The notes under the pieces: model-generated
Databases searched by the model: none
Told to the model about the DNA's origin: nothing
What the model saw: only the letters and a program-made list of their open reading frames with translations
DNA from: a virus
Reading direction: 5' to 3' (one strand)
DNA length: 64,000 nt
IMG/VR virus record: IMGVR_UViG_3300036766_001333
Span: 13,881-77,880 of that record
Translations under genes and position numbers: made by a program
Shown here: piece after piece, positions 1 through 10,863 of the stretch
Layout of the letters: the number at the start of each line of letters is the position of its first letter
How positions within the stretch are numbered: the stretch's first letter is position 1

Positions 1-558
1 GCGCTTCAGGCATATTCCACCGAACGTCCTCAATATACTTTGAACACAGGTAAGGAAATAGCAAATGCACTTATTGAATCACAAAATAGACTTGGAAAAG
101 CAGATGAAGACATAAAGAAATTAGCCGATGCTGGTCTTAAAAAAGACAGTATTTATGTTTATGATACTCATGCTGAGTTAGTTTTAGCCAAAATTTCAGA
201 AAGTATAAACAAGCTATTTGCAACACCAATATTGCCTGGACCTATAGACCCAGAGGCAGAAATAAAAAGAAGAAAACTAGAAGCAGAGGAAAGAAATAAA
301 CCTATAGTTATAGAAAATGATGACCTTTCTTCTATAGAAGAAACCAATAGAACAGTTGCAGAAAAAATAGCTATTGTTGCTGATCTCCTAAAAGACATTA
401 AGGAATCCTTAGCTCCAAGAAAAAGATATGCTGGAGATAGTGGCAGAGATGTAAGCGAAGAACCTTATAATGATGGAGTGTTAGATACAGAATGGGTACA
501 GGCAAGATTTGATGAAATGTCTCCTGGACTCGGAGGAGAATACACGGATGGAGCTTAA
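1..558 (+). CDS. 5'-truncated tail gene, probably the C-terminus of the tape-measure protein
   Basis: Frame is open from base 1 (ALQAYSTERPQYTLNTGK...). Helical/coiled-coil sequence directly upstream of the tube-initiator/LysM/hub/spike block. Confidence 0.45.
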   Translation, partial: ALQAYSTERPQYTLNTGKEIANALIESQNRLGKADEDIKKLADAGLKKDSIYVYDTHAELVLAKISESINKLFATPILPGPIDPEAEIKRRKLEAEERNKPIVIENDDLSSIEETNRTVAEKIAIVADLLKDIKESLAPRKRYAGDSGRDVSEEPYNDGVLDTEWVQARFDEMSPGLGGEYTDGA

Positions 559-570
559 TGAAAGGTAATT

Positions 571-1170
571 ATGAGGGCAACTAATTCAGACGGAACCCTA
601 AGAACATTAGAGAGATGTAAAATCATAACCCCCAATGGGACAGTTGACTTAAAAATACTCCCAGATATAAGCGATAGCAAATCGGCAAGTTGGGCCAGTG
701 AACCCATTTTTGGTCGTTCGTCTCCTATGGTAACTTTTAGTTATTCTGATGCTAGAACCATACAGACTGATTTGCATTTTATGATAACTAAATGCACAGA
801 CATCAAAGATAATTTAAAGTATCTAAGAATCCTACAAAGTTTAGTATATCCAGGAAAATCCACAGGGGATGTTCCTTTCACGCCGCCTCCTGTATCCAAA
901 ATAATTTGCGGACATCTGTTAGCTTCTCAAGGAGATGAAGGGAAGGGATGTACAGATGGCGTATGTGTAATTATGAGAAATTATAATGTAAGATATCCAA
1001 CTGACGTGGCCTGGGACGAAAATGATCCTAATGGAGTCAGTCCTAGCTACTTGCCATATAGATTTACATTAAGCTGTTCTTGGGAAGTAGTTTATGCTTG
1101 CAAGGATTTACCAACTAATAATATGATAGCAAAACAAGCATTAGATTGGTGTGGAATTGTAAAGGTTTAA
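571..1170 (+). CDS. Baseplate/tail-tube initiator-like protein (contractile-tail tube family)
   Basis: ISDSKSASW..EPIFGRSSP...YS.ART pattern and LQSLVYP...PPP motif; position before the LysM gene. Confidence 0.6.
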   Translation: MRATNSDGTLRTLERCKIITPNGTVDLKILPDISDSKSASWASEPIFGRSSPMVTFSYSDARTIQTDLHFMITKCTDIKDNLKYLRILQSLVYPGKSTGDVPFTPPPVSKIICGHLLASQGDEGKGCTDGVCVIMRNYNVRYPTDVAWDENDPNGVSPSYLPYRFTLSCSWEVVYACKDLPTNNMIAKQALDWCGIVKV

Positions 1171-1172
1171 TT

Positions 1173-1490
1173 ATGGCTCTATATACAAGATACGCAAATA
1201 TACCAGCATCTAGATTTGTTCAACCAACAAGCAGATACGCAAATTCTAAGACTATATTTTACACAGAGGATAAAAAAATAACATTTGATACTTATAAAAG
1301 AAAACCTTATGTTGGCGAGGGCAGTTGGCTAGAAATTACAAGTTCTGTTGAATATAGACCAGATTTAGTGTCTTTTGAATTCTATGGTGCCCCTGATTTT
1401 TGGTGGAAAATCATGGAAGTGAATGGGATGATGGACGTTTTGCAATTTAAACAAGGAATAAATATATTTTTGCCTAGTAATATTTTTTAG
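1173..1490 (+). CDS. LysM-like baseplate wedge protein (T4 gp53-like)
   Basis: YRPDLVSFEFYGAPDFWWKIMEVN motif; ATG at 1173 just after the upstream stop. Confidence 0.75.
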   Translation: MALYTRYANIPASRFVQPTSRYANSKTIFYTEDKKITFDTYKRKPYVGEGSWLEITSSVEYRPDLVSFEFYGAPDFWWKIMEVNGMMDVLQFKQGINIFLPSNIF

Positions 1491-1499
1491 GACATCAAA

Positions 1500-3485
1500 A
1501 TGACTGTTTTTTCAACTACGTGTGGGCCTACTATTCCAAATGAAGTTTATTGTTCTTGTAGCACTCCATATATTACTGCTGGAGAGGGTGCGGATGCGGG
1601 CAAAACATTCGTTGGAAATTGTAAAACAGGCAATCCAAAAAGTAAATTTTTTGTTAAAGATTCGGTTAAATTAAAAACTTTATTAGCAGGAACAAGAATA
1701 TCTCCGTGGGCTAAAATAGAATTTATAGAACCTTGTAGTCACTTTTTCATAACTACAGGAAATGAATCTATGGAGTGGCAACTTAAAGGCGAGCCTGTAG
1801 AAAAGAATTGTCGTGCTGTAATTAAATCATTCCAATATTCATGGGGAACCACAGGTCAAGGGAATACAGCTAAAGTTATAATTCATGACGAACAAGGAAG
1901 CTCTTTTAAGCTTTTTGTAGATAGATTGTTCAAAAACTTACCGGGCGGAGCATTGCCACAACATGGTGTATATAAAGTAGTTGCAACTTGGGGATGGTTT
2001 GTTTCTGGAATGAATGGTTGCGATAGTGGCATTGCTAATGACGACCAAATCATATGTAGTCCGCAATGTTGGTTTATTCCAATGGGCGTTCAATCTAGTA
2101 TCCAAAATGGTAAATTCATATATGAAATAGAGTTAACTGATACTTTGCAAAGAGCACAATACTCAATAAATGAACAAACTATCGGCAAGCCATCTTTTCT
2201 TGGTATAACTCCTTTAACATATTTCACTGACGCTGTAGAACAATTAGGAAGAATTTCCAGACCTCAATTTAGAGCAGCATTTAAACAAGTTGATGATAAT
2301 GGTGTAACTGTGCCGATGAAATTTCATTTACAGTCCGGTACAACTCCAAATAAATTTCATCCAGATAAAGGGCTAGGAAAACAATCGTGGAAAACAGATA
2401 GTCGTGACCCTCTTAAAACCATATGTAATTGGTTAAAAGAAGTATTAGCAGAGGGGGGGATTAAAGATCAAGGTCGTGGCATAACAATTAATTACGATCC
2501 TACGTATCATTGTAAATATTATGATGGAGCATCTGATAACACTGATAATTATGGAAACCCATGTAAAGATGATAAAATTCCAGCAAACGGACAATTATTG
2601 TTTTGGGCCGATCCTCAAGCAGCAACCAATGGAAAAAATTTAAATGTAACTAATAAATGTAAAGCTTTATACATTGTAAATGGCGGTAATTGCTCATCAG
2701 TGCTAAGTTTCCAGCCAACAATGAAATGGAATTTTCAAAGTGCCGTAAACGCTGGAGGTACAGCAACAACTAATTCGGGTGAAATGAGAAAACTATCAGC
2801 AGACAACCTTCTTAAATCTTTCGGGAATGTTATAAAATCTTATGTCCCCGTTACCGATGACGCCATAGATGCTTTGGGCAAGGAGGCTTTACCATACATA
2901 TATAAATGTATATCAAATAACCATAGGGCCAATTTTCCTATAGACTCTATAGAAGCCGAGTTAAGAGTCCAAGGCGATCCATCTCTATTTTTATGTACTC
3001 CCAGAGAAGGGACTGGAAGAACTGTGGCAATCGTAGTAGTAAACCCCTTTTATCTAGATAGCGCCGATCCGCTCGTCAACCCAAATGATTGTTTGAAATG
3101 GACGCAAGGGCCAGGCACAGCATCCACTAATAGTAGCTCTTGCAATGAAATATTAACTAATAGAGCATGGTTTATTAGGTCAGTAGACCATCAAGTAAAA
3201 GAAGGGTCATATATAACTACATTAAAAGTATGGTTGCCAGTTCCAGGATCAGAATTAGCAACATTTGGTTCGCCGTTTACTCCTTTAGGCGGCGACGAAC
3301 TTGGTTATACATTTGATGACCCAACATCAGGTGGCGTACCTATAGGGTATGGGACACAAGAATGTATACATAGATATCCCGTAGGCGGAGAAGCTGTTGA
3401 TTCACAAGGTTGTGCGTTAATACCTGGCGATGGCGGATCGGAAGGATATGGAGACTTCTGCGATGGCGATCCTCATATACCATAA
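1500..3485 (+). CDS. Baseplate hub protein (gp27/gpD-like), Cys-rich
   Basis: Lies between the LysM and spike genes; C-terminal AELRVQGDP...WFIRSVDHQVKEGSYITTLKV hub signature. Confidence 0.65.
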   Translation: MTVFSTTCGPTIPNEVYCSCSTPYITAGEGADAGKTFVGNCKTGNPKSKFFVKDSVKLKTLLAGTRISPWAKIEFIEPCSHFFITTGNESMEWQLKGEPVEKNCRAVIKSFQYSWGTTGQGNTAKVIIHDEQGSSFKLFVDRLFKNLPGGALPQHGVYKVVATWGWFVSGMNGCDSGIANDDQIICSPQCWFIPMGVQSSIQNGKFIYEIELTDTLQRAQYSINEQTIGKPSFLGITPLTYFTDAVEQLGRISRPQFRAAFKQVDDNGVTVPMKFHLQSGTTPNKFHPDKGLGKQSWKTDSRDPLKTICNWLKEVLAEGGIKDQGRGITINYDPTYHCKYYDGASDNTDNYGNPCKDDKIPANGQLLFWADPQAATNGKNLNVTNKCKALYIVNGGNCSSVLSFQPTMKWNFQSAVNAGGTATTNSGEMRKLSADNLLKSFGNVIKSYVPVTDDAIDALGKEALPYIYKCISNNHRANFPIDSIEAELRVQGDPSLFLCTPREGTGRTVAIVVVNPFYLDSADPLVNPNDCLKWTQGPGTASTNSSSCNEILTNRAWFIRSVDHQVKEGSYITTLKVWLPVPGSELATFGSPFTPLGGDELGYTFDDPTSGGVPIGYGTQECIHRYPVGGEAVDSQGCALIPGDGGSEGYGDFCDGDPHIP

Positions 3486-3498
3486 ATAGAGAACAAAA

Positions 3499-5670
3499 AT
3501 GAGACAAGAAATTGATAGAATTTGGAATATTATAAGTAGACATGAAAAAAAATTGCGTGGCATGAATGTTAACAAAGCCATCAATAAATTTTTCAAAAGA
3601 AAACGAGGATATTTTAGACAACAAGCTCCCCGTGGAGTTCATTTGGCTCTTTGCGTCGATACTCGTGATCCTTGGAAACAAAACAGAGTTAGATTTTTTA
3701 GCCCTGCTTTTAATCTTCCTAAAAATGCAATAGCTACTGTTGCTACTGCTCCTACTAGTCCTCAAAGTGTTACTACTAAAATAAGCCAATTAAGATGGGC
3801 ATCTCCAATATCATCAATGGGAGGATTTGATGATTGTGGGATGACATGGGTTCCGCCTCCAGGATCAACTGTTTGCTTATTATTTCAAAATGGCGACCCA
3901 GAGACAGCTTTCTATATTGGCACAACTTGGCATAGAGATAGAGGGCCAGTAAATAATCATAACTGGAACTACGACATTGATGAATACCAAAAAATATTCG
4001 AAGGTCATAGGCATGGTTATATGGTAGGAAAAAATGATGAATCTCAAGTTCTACCACCATTTAATACAGATAATTATCAAGGGTATGACCTAGATACTAA
4101 CTCTGATGTTAACTTAGTGCCAGATGCCCAAACCAAAACAACATGGCCGCACCAATACGGATGGAAAACTCCTGAAAAACATATGGTTCGTATGGATGAT
4201 GGCGATCCAAAATGCAATCGTCGGTGGAAGCGATTTGAAATAATGTCAAGTATGGGTCATTATTTTTTAATGAAAGACGATCCGTATCATCATTGTGGAG
4301 AATGGACTAATCCAAATTGTAAAATATCTTATATAGACATTGTTCCTAGTGTGTGTATTGGAAGTTTTATATCAACTTCCTATATCAGTCCAGTATCTTC
4401 AAATATAGTTATCAGTATAACGGATTTGCCTTATGTTTGCCTACAAGGACCAGAAAATTGTCCTACCTCACCAGAAGGATCAATAACTCCTGTAGAAGAT
4501 GAGTATCTAGGAACGGAATATCTTTGTCCAGGATTTTCTCCACCTTCAACTATTTCGACAATGCCCGTTGATTGTTTGGGAGTATTAAGAGGATTAACTG
4601 ATTTTTGTTTTTCTTTCAATAATCAAGGCAAGAATAGATATCACAAGCATAAGCAAGAATGTTTTCCATTTTTATGTAATAAATGTGCTTTACTTCAATC
4701 AGGAATGCAACTTCTATCTAGATCAGGTGCCACATTAGTTATGGACGATTCGGTAGAAGAACCTAGAGAAAGGCCAGAATGGGAAAGAGCACTAGAAGAA
4801 TTTGACATGGATGGATGCACTGGAAACTTTAAAGGAAGAACTTTTTTGAGATCAGCTACAGGTCATTACATAGAATTAAATGATACAGAAGATCAACCAA
4901 AAGTTAGAAGTATCAGAAATGGTATAAACATTGTTACTGCAAGTGGCAACGAAATATGTTTAAACGATCATTCAAAGCCATGCTGTATTGCTGGAGAGCT
5001 TAGAGGAATTCATATAAAGAGTACAGCAAACCATACTCTCGACATGGTTGATGATACCAACAGACAATGTAGTGATGAAAGAAATGGTTGTTCAAAAACT
5101 GGCCCCTATGCAAAAAAGGCATTTGTAAGACTTAGAAGCGGGTATGGAATAGCAGTAACATTAAGTGATTCTAATGACCAAACAAAAACAGATCAGCAGT
5201 ATCTTCAATTAATGGCACCTCAAAAAGATAACCTTGTAAGAGGTTCACATATATTCCACATGCAAGAAAGACCTAGTGGGCCTGGGCAAATTTTTCTCCG
5301 AGCAGGCGGAGATTTCATAGTTCAAACTTATGATAGCATGGTAGAAGTAGTAGGAGATGAAAAAGATAATCCTGCTAATAAACTTGAATTTGTATCTAGG
5401 TCGAAAATAGTAAGTGTAAAAGATGTTTATTATAATAAGGCAAAAACTCATGTTTTTTGGGCAGATGATTATATATTATTATTAGCGGGCAAAGATTGCG
5501 GGCCATATGAAGGAGATGATAAGGGGACGCCATGTGTGTTTCCAGTAGTTGTTGCCGTGCAGCCAATACCAGAGTTTGTTACTGCTGCAACAGGCATGAA
5601 AGCTTCCACACACGTTTTTGCAAGTTCTTTGCCATCAATACCATGTGAAGGCATAGCTAGTGATTTATAA
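3499..5670 (+). CDS. Baseplate central spike (gp5/VgrG-like, OB-fold plus beta-helix repeats)
   Basis: ALCVDTRDPWKQNRVR...WASP...GMTWVPPPGSTVCLLFQNGDP OB-fold; repeated S.GH.(I/L).(M/L).D units. Confidence 0.85.
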   Translation: MRQEIDRIWNIISRHEKKLRGMNVNKAINKFFKRKRGYFRQQAPRGVHLALCVDTRDPWKQNRVRFFSPAFNLPKNAIATVATAPTSPQSVTTKISQLRWASPISSMGGFDDCGMTWVPPPGSTVCLLFQNGDPETAFYIGTTWHRDRGPVNNHNWNYDIDEYQKIFEGHRHGYMVGKNDESQVLPPFNTDNYQGYDLDTNSDVNLVPDAQTKTTWPHQYGWKTPEKHMVRMDDGDPKCNRRWKRFEIMSSMGHYFLMKDDPYHHCGEWTNPNCKISYIDIVPSVCIGSFISTSYISPVSSNIVISITDLPYVCLQGPENCPTSPEGSITPVEDEYLGTEYLCPGFSPPSTISTMPVDCLGVLRGLTDFCFSFNNQGKNRYHKHKQECFPFLCNKCALLQSGMQLLSRSGATLVMDDSVEEPRERPEWERALEEFDMDGCTGNFKGRTFLRSATGHYIELNDTEDQPKVRSIRNGINIVTASGNEICLNDHSKPCCIAGELRGIHIKSTANHTLDMVDDTNRQCSDERNGCSKTGPYAKKAFVRLRSGYGIAVTLSDSNDQTKTDQQYLQLMAPQKDNLVRGSHIFHMQERPSGPGQIFLRAGGDFIVQTYDSMVEVVGDEKDNPANKLEFVSRSKIVSVKDVYYNKAKTHVFWADDYILLLAGKDCGPYEGDDKGTPCVFPVVVAVQPIPEFVTAATGMKASTHVFASSLPSIPCEGIASDL

Positions 5671-7073
5671 AACTTATCAATCATTATTTCTACATTTTCA
5701 TATTCCCAATATGGAATAATTAATAAATGAATGTTATTTTTGACACACCAATTTTTCTTTATTTTATCTTTTAATTTAATTAATTTAAAATTATCAATAG
5801 CTTTTTTGTTGGTCCATTTTTTGCCAGCAAATTTTATAGGCTTGTAATGTTGTTCTCCATTGTATTCTATTAAAAATAAATTTTCTTCTTTTTGGTTTTT
5901 AATTAAAAAATCAAATGGCAATTTGCGTTTGTATGTACATGATTTAAATGATGCCTGTCTTGTAAAAATTAAGTTTTTTCTGGACAAATGTTCTCTTATT
6001 TTTATTTCTCCTTTAGATTCATTGCATATAGGACAATTTTCTCCGTTACCTTTATTTTGAGTTCTATAAGATATCTTGGCCGACCACTCATGTCCTTTAT
6101 TGCATTGCCACCAAACCAGCTTTCCAGAATGGGCAGAATAATCATTAGGAGTAGAAATGCCATTTTTTTTAAGATGCCATTCGGCAGCTATTTTAGGGAA
6201 AATAACAGCAAGAGAATTTGTCATATTAACTCTTAATCCTCTGCAATATGGACAATCATTTTTACCACTAGTTCTAGTGTTAATTGTCGCATCCCATTCA
6301 TGCCCACATATACCTAACCACCAAACTTTTTTATGGGAACTAAAACTAACTTGATAAGGAGTTAATTTGTTTTTAATTGGATGCCATTGTTTAGCAATTT
6401 CGGGGCTTAAAGTAGCCAGACAGTTAGATAAAACTACTTTTCTTCCACAACAACATGGGCATCCTCGATTCCCATTTTTTCTAGTCCTATCGTTAGGACT
6501 GGCTTCCCATTCATGGTCCGAGGCATCACCGCACTTCCACCAAAATTTCTTCATTGATCCAGAAAATATATCATATGGGGTAAATTTCCCATTCTTAGTT
6601 GGATGCCACTGCGATACAAGGCAGGGATATTTAGTTGCCAAACAATTCGAAATATCAATTTTCCTATTGGTACAATATGGACATTTTGAATCGTTAGCAC
6701 TTCGCTCATAAACTGCCGCTTCCCATTCATGCCCACACATTCCCATCCACCAAACCTTTTTACTTGATTTAATAGAAATATTAAATGGATTTAAATTGTT
6801 TTTAGTTTGGTGCCATTCTTTAATAAGGTCAGGTCGTAAAATTGCCAAACAATTAGATAGTGAAACTTTATTTTTAGAGCAAAAAGGACAACCAGTGCCT
6901 TTCCCTATTCTTCCATCTGGTGTTGCTAGCCATTCATGGTCTATTCCATTAAAACACCGCCACCAGTATTTATTATTACTTCTATGTGCTATTTCTTCAA
7001 ATTTTACATCACCATTTTTAGTAGGATGCCACTCTTTTAACAATTCTGGATAGTCATTTAATGTTTTTCCCAT
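5469..7073 (-). CDS. Putative homing endonuclease: five zinc-ribbon repeats plus C-terminal PD-(D/E)xK-like nuclease
   Basis: Five EWHxxKN...HEW...CPxC repeats, then PFDF...LIEYNGEQHY; inserted antisense in the baseplate operon. Confidence 0.75.
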   Translation of the reverse strand: MGKTLNDYPELLKEWHPTKNGDVKFEEIAHRSNNKYWWRCFNGIDHEWLATPDGRIGKGTGCPFCSKNKVSLSNCLAILRPDLIKEWHQTKNNLNPFNISIKSSKKVWWMGMCGHEWEAAVYERSANDSKCPYCTNRKIDISNCLATKYPCLVSQWHPTKNGKFTPYDIFSGSMKKFWWKCGDASDHEWEASPNDRTRKNGNRGCPCCCGRKVVLSNCLATLSPEIAKQWHPIKNKLTPYQVSFSSHKKVWWLGICGHEWDATINTRTSGKNDCPYCRGLRVNMTNSLAVIFPKIAAEWHLKKNGISTPNDYSAHSGKLVWWQCNKGHEWSAKISYRTQNKGNGENCPICNESKGEIKIREHLSRKNLIFTRQASFKSCTYKRKLPFDFLIKNQKEENLFLIEYNGEQHYKPIKFAGKKWTNKKAIDNFKLIKLKDKIKKNWCVKNNIHLLIIPYWEYENVEIMIDKFYKSLAMPSHGIDGKELAKTCVEAFMPVAAVTNSGIGCTATTTGNTHGVPLSSPSYGPQSLPANNNI

Positions 7074-7153
7074 AAGTATTTCTCAAATATAATCTATATT
7101 AACTAAATAGATTATATAATAATATCTTTTAAAATCAAGAGAATTTAGGAAAA

Positions 7154-7549
7154 ATGCAGACATTCAAAGGAATAGAATATCCTATAAAGAAACATCCACA
7201 TGGTTATTTCCATAGCACTGATGATATTTCTCAAATAAAATCTAATATAAAAACCATTATGTTAACTGCATTTGGAGAAAGGGTGCATGAACCTCATTTT
7301 GGAAATCCATTAAGTAGATTAAAGTTAAATGAACCTCCCGAACTTTTATATGATAAAATTAAAAATGGAATAGCTTTAGCCATTAAAAAATGGGAAAAAA
7401 GAGTTCAGGTTTTAGATATAGAACTAAGCACGGAAACTGCTGAAAAATTCGATTATTTAAAAATAGTAATAACATTCACTGATCCTTCCACATTACAAAC
7501 AACACATAGCGTAACAGTGAATATACCGCTTGGAGAAAATAATGAGTGA
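7154..7549 (+). CDS. Baseplate wedge protein gp25/GpW-like
   Basis: IKSNIKTIMLTAFGERVHEPHFG...WEKRV motif. Confidence 0.85.
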   Translation: MQTFKGIEYPIKKHPHGYFHSTDDISQIKSNIKTIMLTAFGERVHEPHFGNPLSRLKLNEPPELLYDKIKNGIALAIKKWEKRVQVLDIELSTETAEKFDYLKIVITFTDPSTLQTTHSVTVNIPLGENNE

Positions 7550-9122
7550 AAATTGTCCATTTGATGTAACGCCTTATAAAAATGCTAAAGATGACAGAAA
7601 TTCTGTTATTTATAATTTAAACTACACTAGTCAAGATTATTGGTCGTTAAAGTCTAGAATGTTAGAAATGATAAAAGAAAAATTTTCAAATGATTTTAAT
7701 GATATAACTGAAGCCTCATTAGGACTTATGATAGTTGAATTATATGCATTCGTTGCGGATTTATTATCATTTAAAATAGATCAAATAGCTAATGAAGTGT
7801 ACATAGATTCGGTAACTGAACTAGAAAATGCATTCAGAATATCAAAGTTAGTAGGATTTAAACCATTGCCTCCAGTACCAGCCAGAACAATGTTGGTTGC
7901 TAAAATAAACAATCCATATTCTCACGACATTATAATTAAAACTCCAATTTTATTAGGATACAATTTAGGAAGTGCTAATAATGACTTTACATTTGAGGCA
8001 TATGCTGCTGACTCTAATGGCAATCCTATTTTTAATGAAGATATTATTATACTTTCTGGGCAGCTATCAAACAGATCAATAGTTGCAATTGAGGGACGCA
8101 CTTTTACTTCTAATTTTGAATCGACAGGCGAGCCGTGGCAACAGCATGAGATTTCAAGAGATTCAGTATTATTTAACTCTATCAGAATAATAGTCGATGG
8201 TCAACATTGGGATAAAGTAGAATACTTCTCAAACAGTCCTAAACCAGAATTCAGAATAGAATACAAATATGATTATAAACCTACAATTCTTTTGGGAGAT
8301 GGATTAACAGGTCTTGTGCCCATGAAGGGATCAAAAGTATTTGTTTCTTATAGAACTGGTACGGGATCAAATGGCAATATAATTACAGGAGCAATTGACC
8401 AAAATGTTCATGTTAATGTAGATGGTCTAGATTTTCCAGTAATAGTAAATTTCAATAATTACACAAAAGGATTGTATGGATATGGCGGTGACACTATTGA
8501 AGACATTAGAAGAAAACTCCCTACATATCTTAAAACACAAGATAGGGCAGTTACAGGTGCCGATTACAAAGCTATAATAGAGCAATTTAGTACTCAAAAC
8601 AATGGCACGGTGGGTAAAGCAACTGTATCTCTAAGAAATCATGGATGTTCTGGAAATATTATTGATGTTCACATATTAGCCAGAAATAACAATGAATTAG
8701 TTGAGCCTAATGAAAATCTTAAAAATGAATTAATTCAAGAACTTGAAACTAAAAAAATGTTTACAGATTTTATTTGTATAAAATCTGGAACCATATCCTT
8801 AGTAGATGTTCACATAGATATATTTTTAGACCGATCTCTAAAGAAATATGAGGATAGTATCAAAGAAAAAACAGATAGGAGAATAAAGCATTTCTTTTCA
8901 ATATATAATTGGGAATTTGGTCAGACTTTAAGAGAAGCAGATATTATTAAAATTTTAGCCGATATAAAAGAAATTAAAAGAATAGAGTTGAATTTTACTA
9001 CTGCTAAAAACTTAGAATCAGGAGATGGTCACAGTCAAACAATAACCGCACATCATAATGAAATTATAAGGCCGGATAACATTAATATAGCTTTTAATTA
9101 TCAAAATATTGGAGAAACATAA
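7542..9122 (+). CDS. Baseplate wedge protein gp6/baseplate J-like
   Basis: NYTSQDY..LK, LSFKIDQIANE, GDG..G..P, TQDRAVTGADY motifs; ATG 7542 has a GGAG SD. Confidence 0.85.
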   Translation: MSENCPFDVTPYKNAKDDRNSVIYNLNYTSQDYWSLKSRMLEMIKEKFSNDFNDITEASLGLMIVELYAFVADLLSFKIDQIANEVYIDSVTELENAFRISKLVGFKPLPPVPARTMLVAKINNPYSHDIIIKTPILLGYNLGSANNDFTFEAYAADSNGNPIFNEDIIILSGQLSNRSIVAIEGRTFTSNFESTGEPWQQHEISRDSVLFNSIRIIVDGQHWDKVEYFSNSPKPEFRIEYKYDYKPTILLGDGLTGLVPMKGSKVFVSYRTGTGSNGNIITGAIDQNVHVNVDGLDFPVIVNFNNYTKGLYGYGGDTIEDIRRKLPTYLKTQDRAVTGADYKAIIEQFSTQNNGTVGKATVSLRNHGCSGNIIDVHILARNNNELVEPNENLKNELIQELETKKMFTDFICIKSGTISLVDVHIDIFLDRSLKKYEDSIKEKTDRRIKHFFSIYNWEFGQTLREADIIKILADIKEIKRIELNFTTAKNLESGDGHSQTITAHHNEIIRPDNINIAFNYQNIGET

Positions 9123-9123
9123 A

Positions 9124-10863
9124 GTGACTGTTAAAAAACTTACTGATAAGCCAACTATTAATGACACGATTGTAGTAGATTTATATACTCCTGGTCCATC
9201 TATAGATTCAAACCCGTACTCTATAGAAAGTGTATTAATTTATTTTATAGAAGTTGATAGAATTAATAATTATCAATTTATTAAAAATGAAAATGCTTTT
9301 TATTACAAAGACGCTCAACTTGTATGGCGAGCAAGTAAGCCAAAAACTATAGCATGGACTGTGGAAGAACCGTCAAAAGGTTTAACTAATTTACTTACAG
9401 AGAAAGGGCAGGCTAAACTAGGACATTTTGGATTCATATGGCAGCCAAAAACATTAAGAGAAGGAAATTATGTAGTTCATTGGACTTGGAAGCCTACTAA
9501 TGAATCAAAAATTAAATCTGCTTATAAATCTTTTTCTTTATTTTCTGATCGAACTGCTAGAACAAGTTCCACTGGAAGGTATACCGTACCAGATAAATAT
9601 GAAATGTTGTTAAGCAAATATCTCCCAAATGTTTACAAAGTTCAAATAGTAAAAGATGACTTAACCCCATATGTTTTAAAAAATTTTAATGCCTGTGTAG
9701 CTCAAGGATTTACAGAATTAGAAGATTTGGCCAATCAATTAATTGAAATTCTTGATGCCGATTTAACTCATCATGTTTTTTTGCCTATATTAGCTAATAT
9801 GTTTAACATAAGGCTGAAAACCGATGACGTGTGTTTGTGGCGAAGACAAATTAGCCAAGCAATTCCTACTTTCAAGAAAAAAGGAACTTATGAAGGATTA
9901 AAGCAAGCATTAGATCAAATTGAGGTCAGTTTAAACAAAATTACAAGGTTGTGGCAATGCGTTTCCAAATACTATTGGACTGAATCCTTTCAAATAACAC
10001 AAGATACTGATAATAAATATTCAGATGATTTCGGCTTTATTATTGGCACATTAATCAATAAACCTTTTGATAATGAAATAGAAGTATCAATTAGACCTTC
10101 AGGGGCTAAAGATTATACAAGAGTTTCAAAAAATTACATATCTTTCTTGCCATGCCTACAACCTACTGATCCTATTACAGTTATATGGCATAAAGAAGCT
10201 ATTGATCCAGAAATTAATTTATTTGCTGGAGATATTGTAAAAATTACTTATAAATTACAGGAAGTGCCACCACATTATGAAGATATTGAAAAATATATAA
10301 ATGATCTTCCTACTGCCGATCAAAGAGATGAATCATTACAAAAACATCCTATAAAAAATTGGAATATAAAATTAATTGAAGAAACTGATCCTATGTTCGA
10401 GAGAATTGTATCAGAGAAACATCCATTTCAACCAATTTTAACTTATGGCAAAATAAGAACTAAGTTTTTATTTAGTGAGAACACATATAACATGGATACA
10501 TACAATGGAAGTTTAAGAGACTCCCATATTCCATGCGATATAGACAAAGATTTCTTAGATTCTTGTTCTTTGTGTTTAAGCAGTAGTTTTAATGTAGATT
10601 TAGATGTAAAAAATTTAGATGAAGATAAATTATTAGAAATTAAAAATATAATTCAAGAATATTCACCATTTCATGCAATTCTACACTCAATGTATATTAA
10701 GAACACAGTGAAGGAATTTGTTCTATCTCCCACTGAAGATATTAATTCGTCTATTAAAGCAAATAACCGACCTGATGAGTTCAAAGAAGTCATTAAGCAA
10801 GAAGAAACCATAAGATTTAAAATAAAATACAAAGATGGACGAGTAGAAGAAGGTAAAATATGA
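9124..10863 (+). CDS. Baseplate wedge protein (P2 gpI/gp7-like)
   Basis: FLPILANMF...WRRQISQAIPTFKKKGTYEGL and EYSPFHA motifs; GTG 9124 preceded by GGAG (ORF track starts at 9109). Confidence 0.65.
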   Translation: MTVKKLTDKPTINDTIVVDLYTPGPSIDSNPYSIESVLIYFIEVDRINNYQFIKNENAFYYKDAQLVWRASKPKTIAWTVEEPSKGLTNLLTEKGQAKLGHFGFIWQPKTLREGNYVVHWTWKPTNESKIKSAYKSFSLFSDRTARTSSTGRYTVPDKYEMLLSKYLPNVYKVQIVKDDLTPYVLKNFNACVAQGFTELEDLANQLIEILDADLTHHVFLPILANMFNIRLKTDDVCLWRRQISQAIPTFKKKGTYEGLKQALDQIEVSLNKITRLWQCVSKYYWTESFQITQDTDNKYSDDFGFIIGTLINKPFDNEIEVSIRPSGAKDYTRVSKNYISFLPCLQPTDPITVIWHKEAIDPEINLFAGDIVKITYKLQEVPPHYEDIEKYINDLPTADQRDESLQKHPIKNWNIKLIEETDPMFERIVSEKHPFQPILTYGKIRTKFLFSENTYNMDTYNGSLRDSHIPCDIDKDFLDSCSLCLSSSFNVDLDVKNLDEDKLLEIKNIIQEYSPFHAILHSMYIKNTVKEFVLSPTEDINSSIKANNRPDEFKEVIKQEETIRFKIKYKDGRVEEGKI

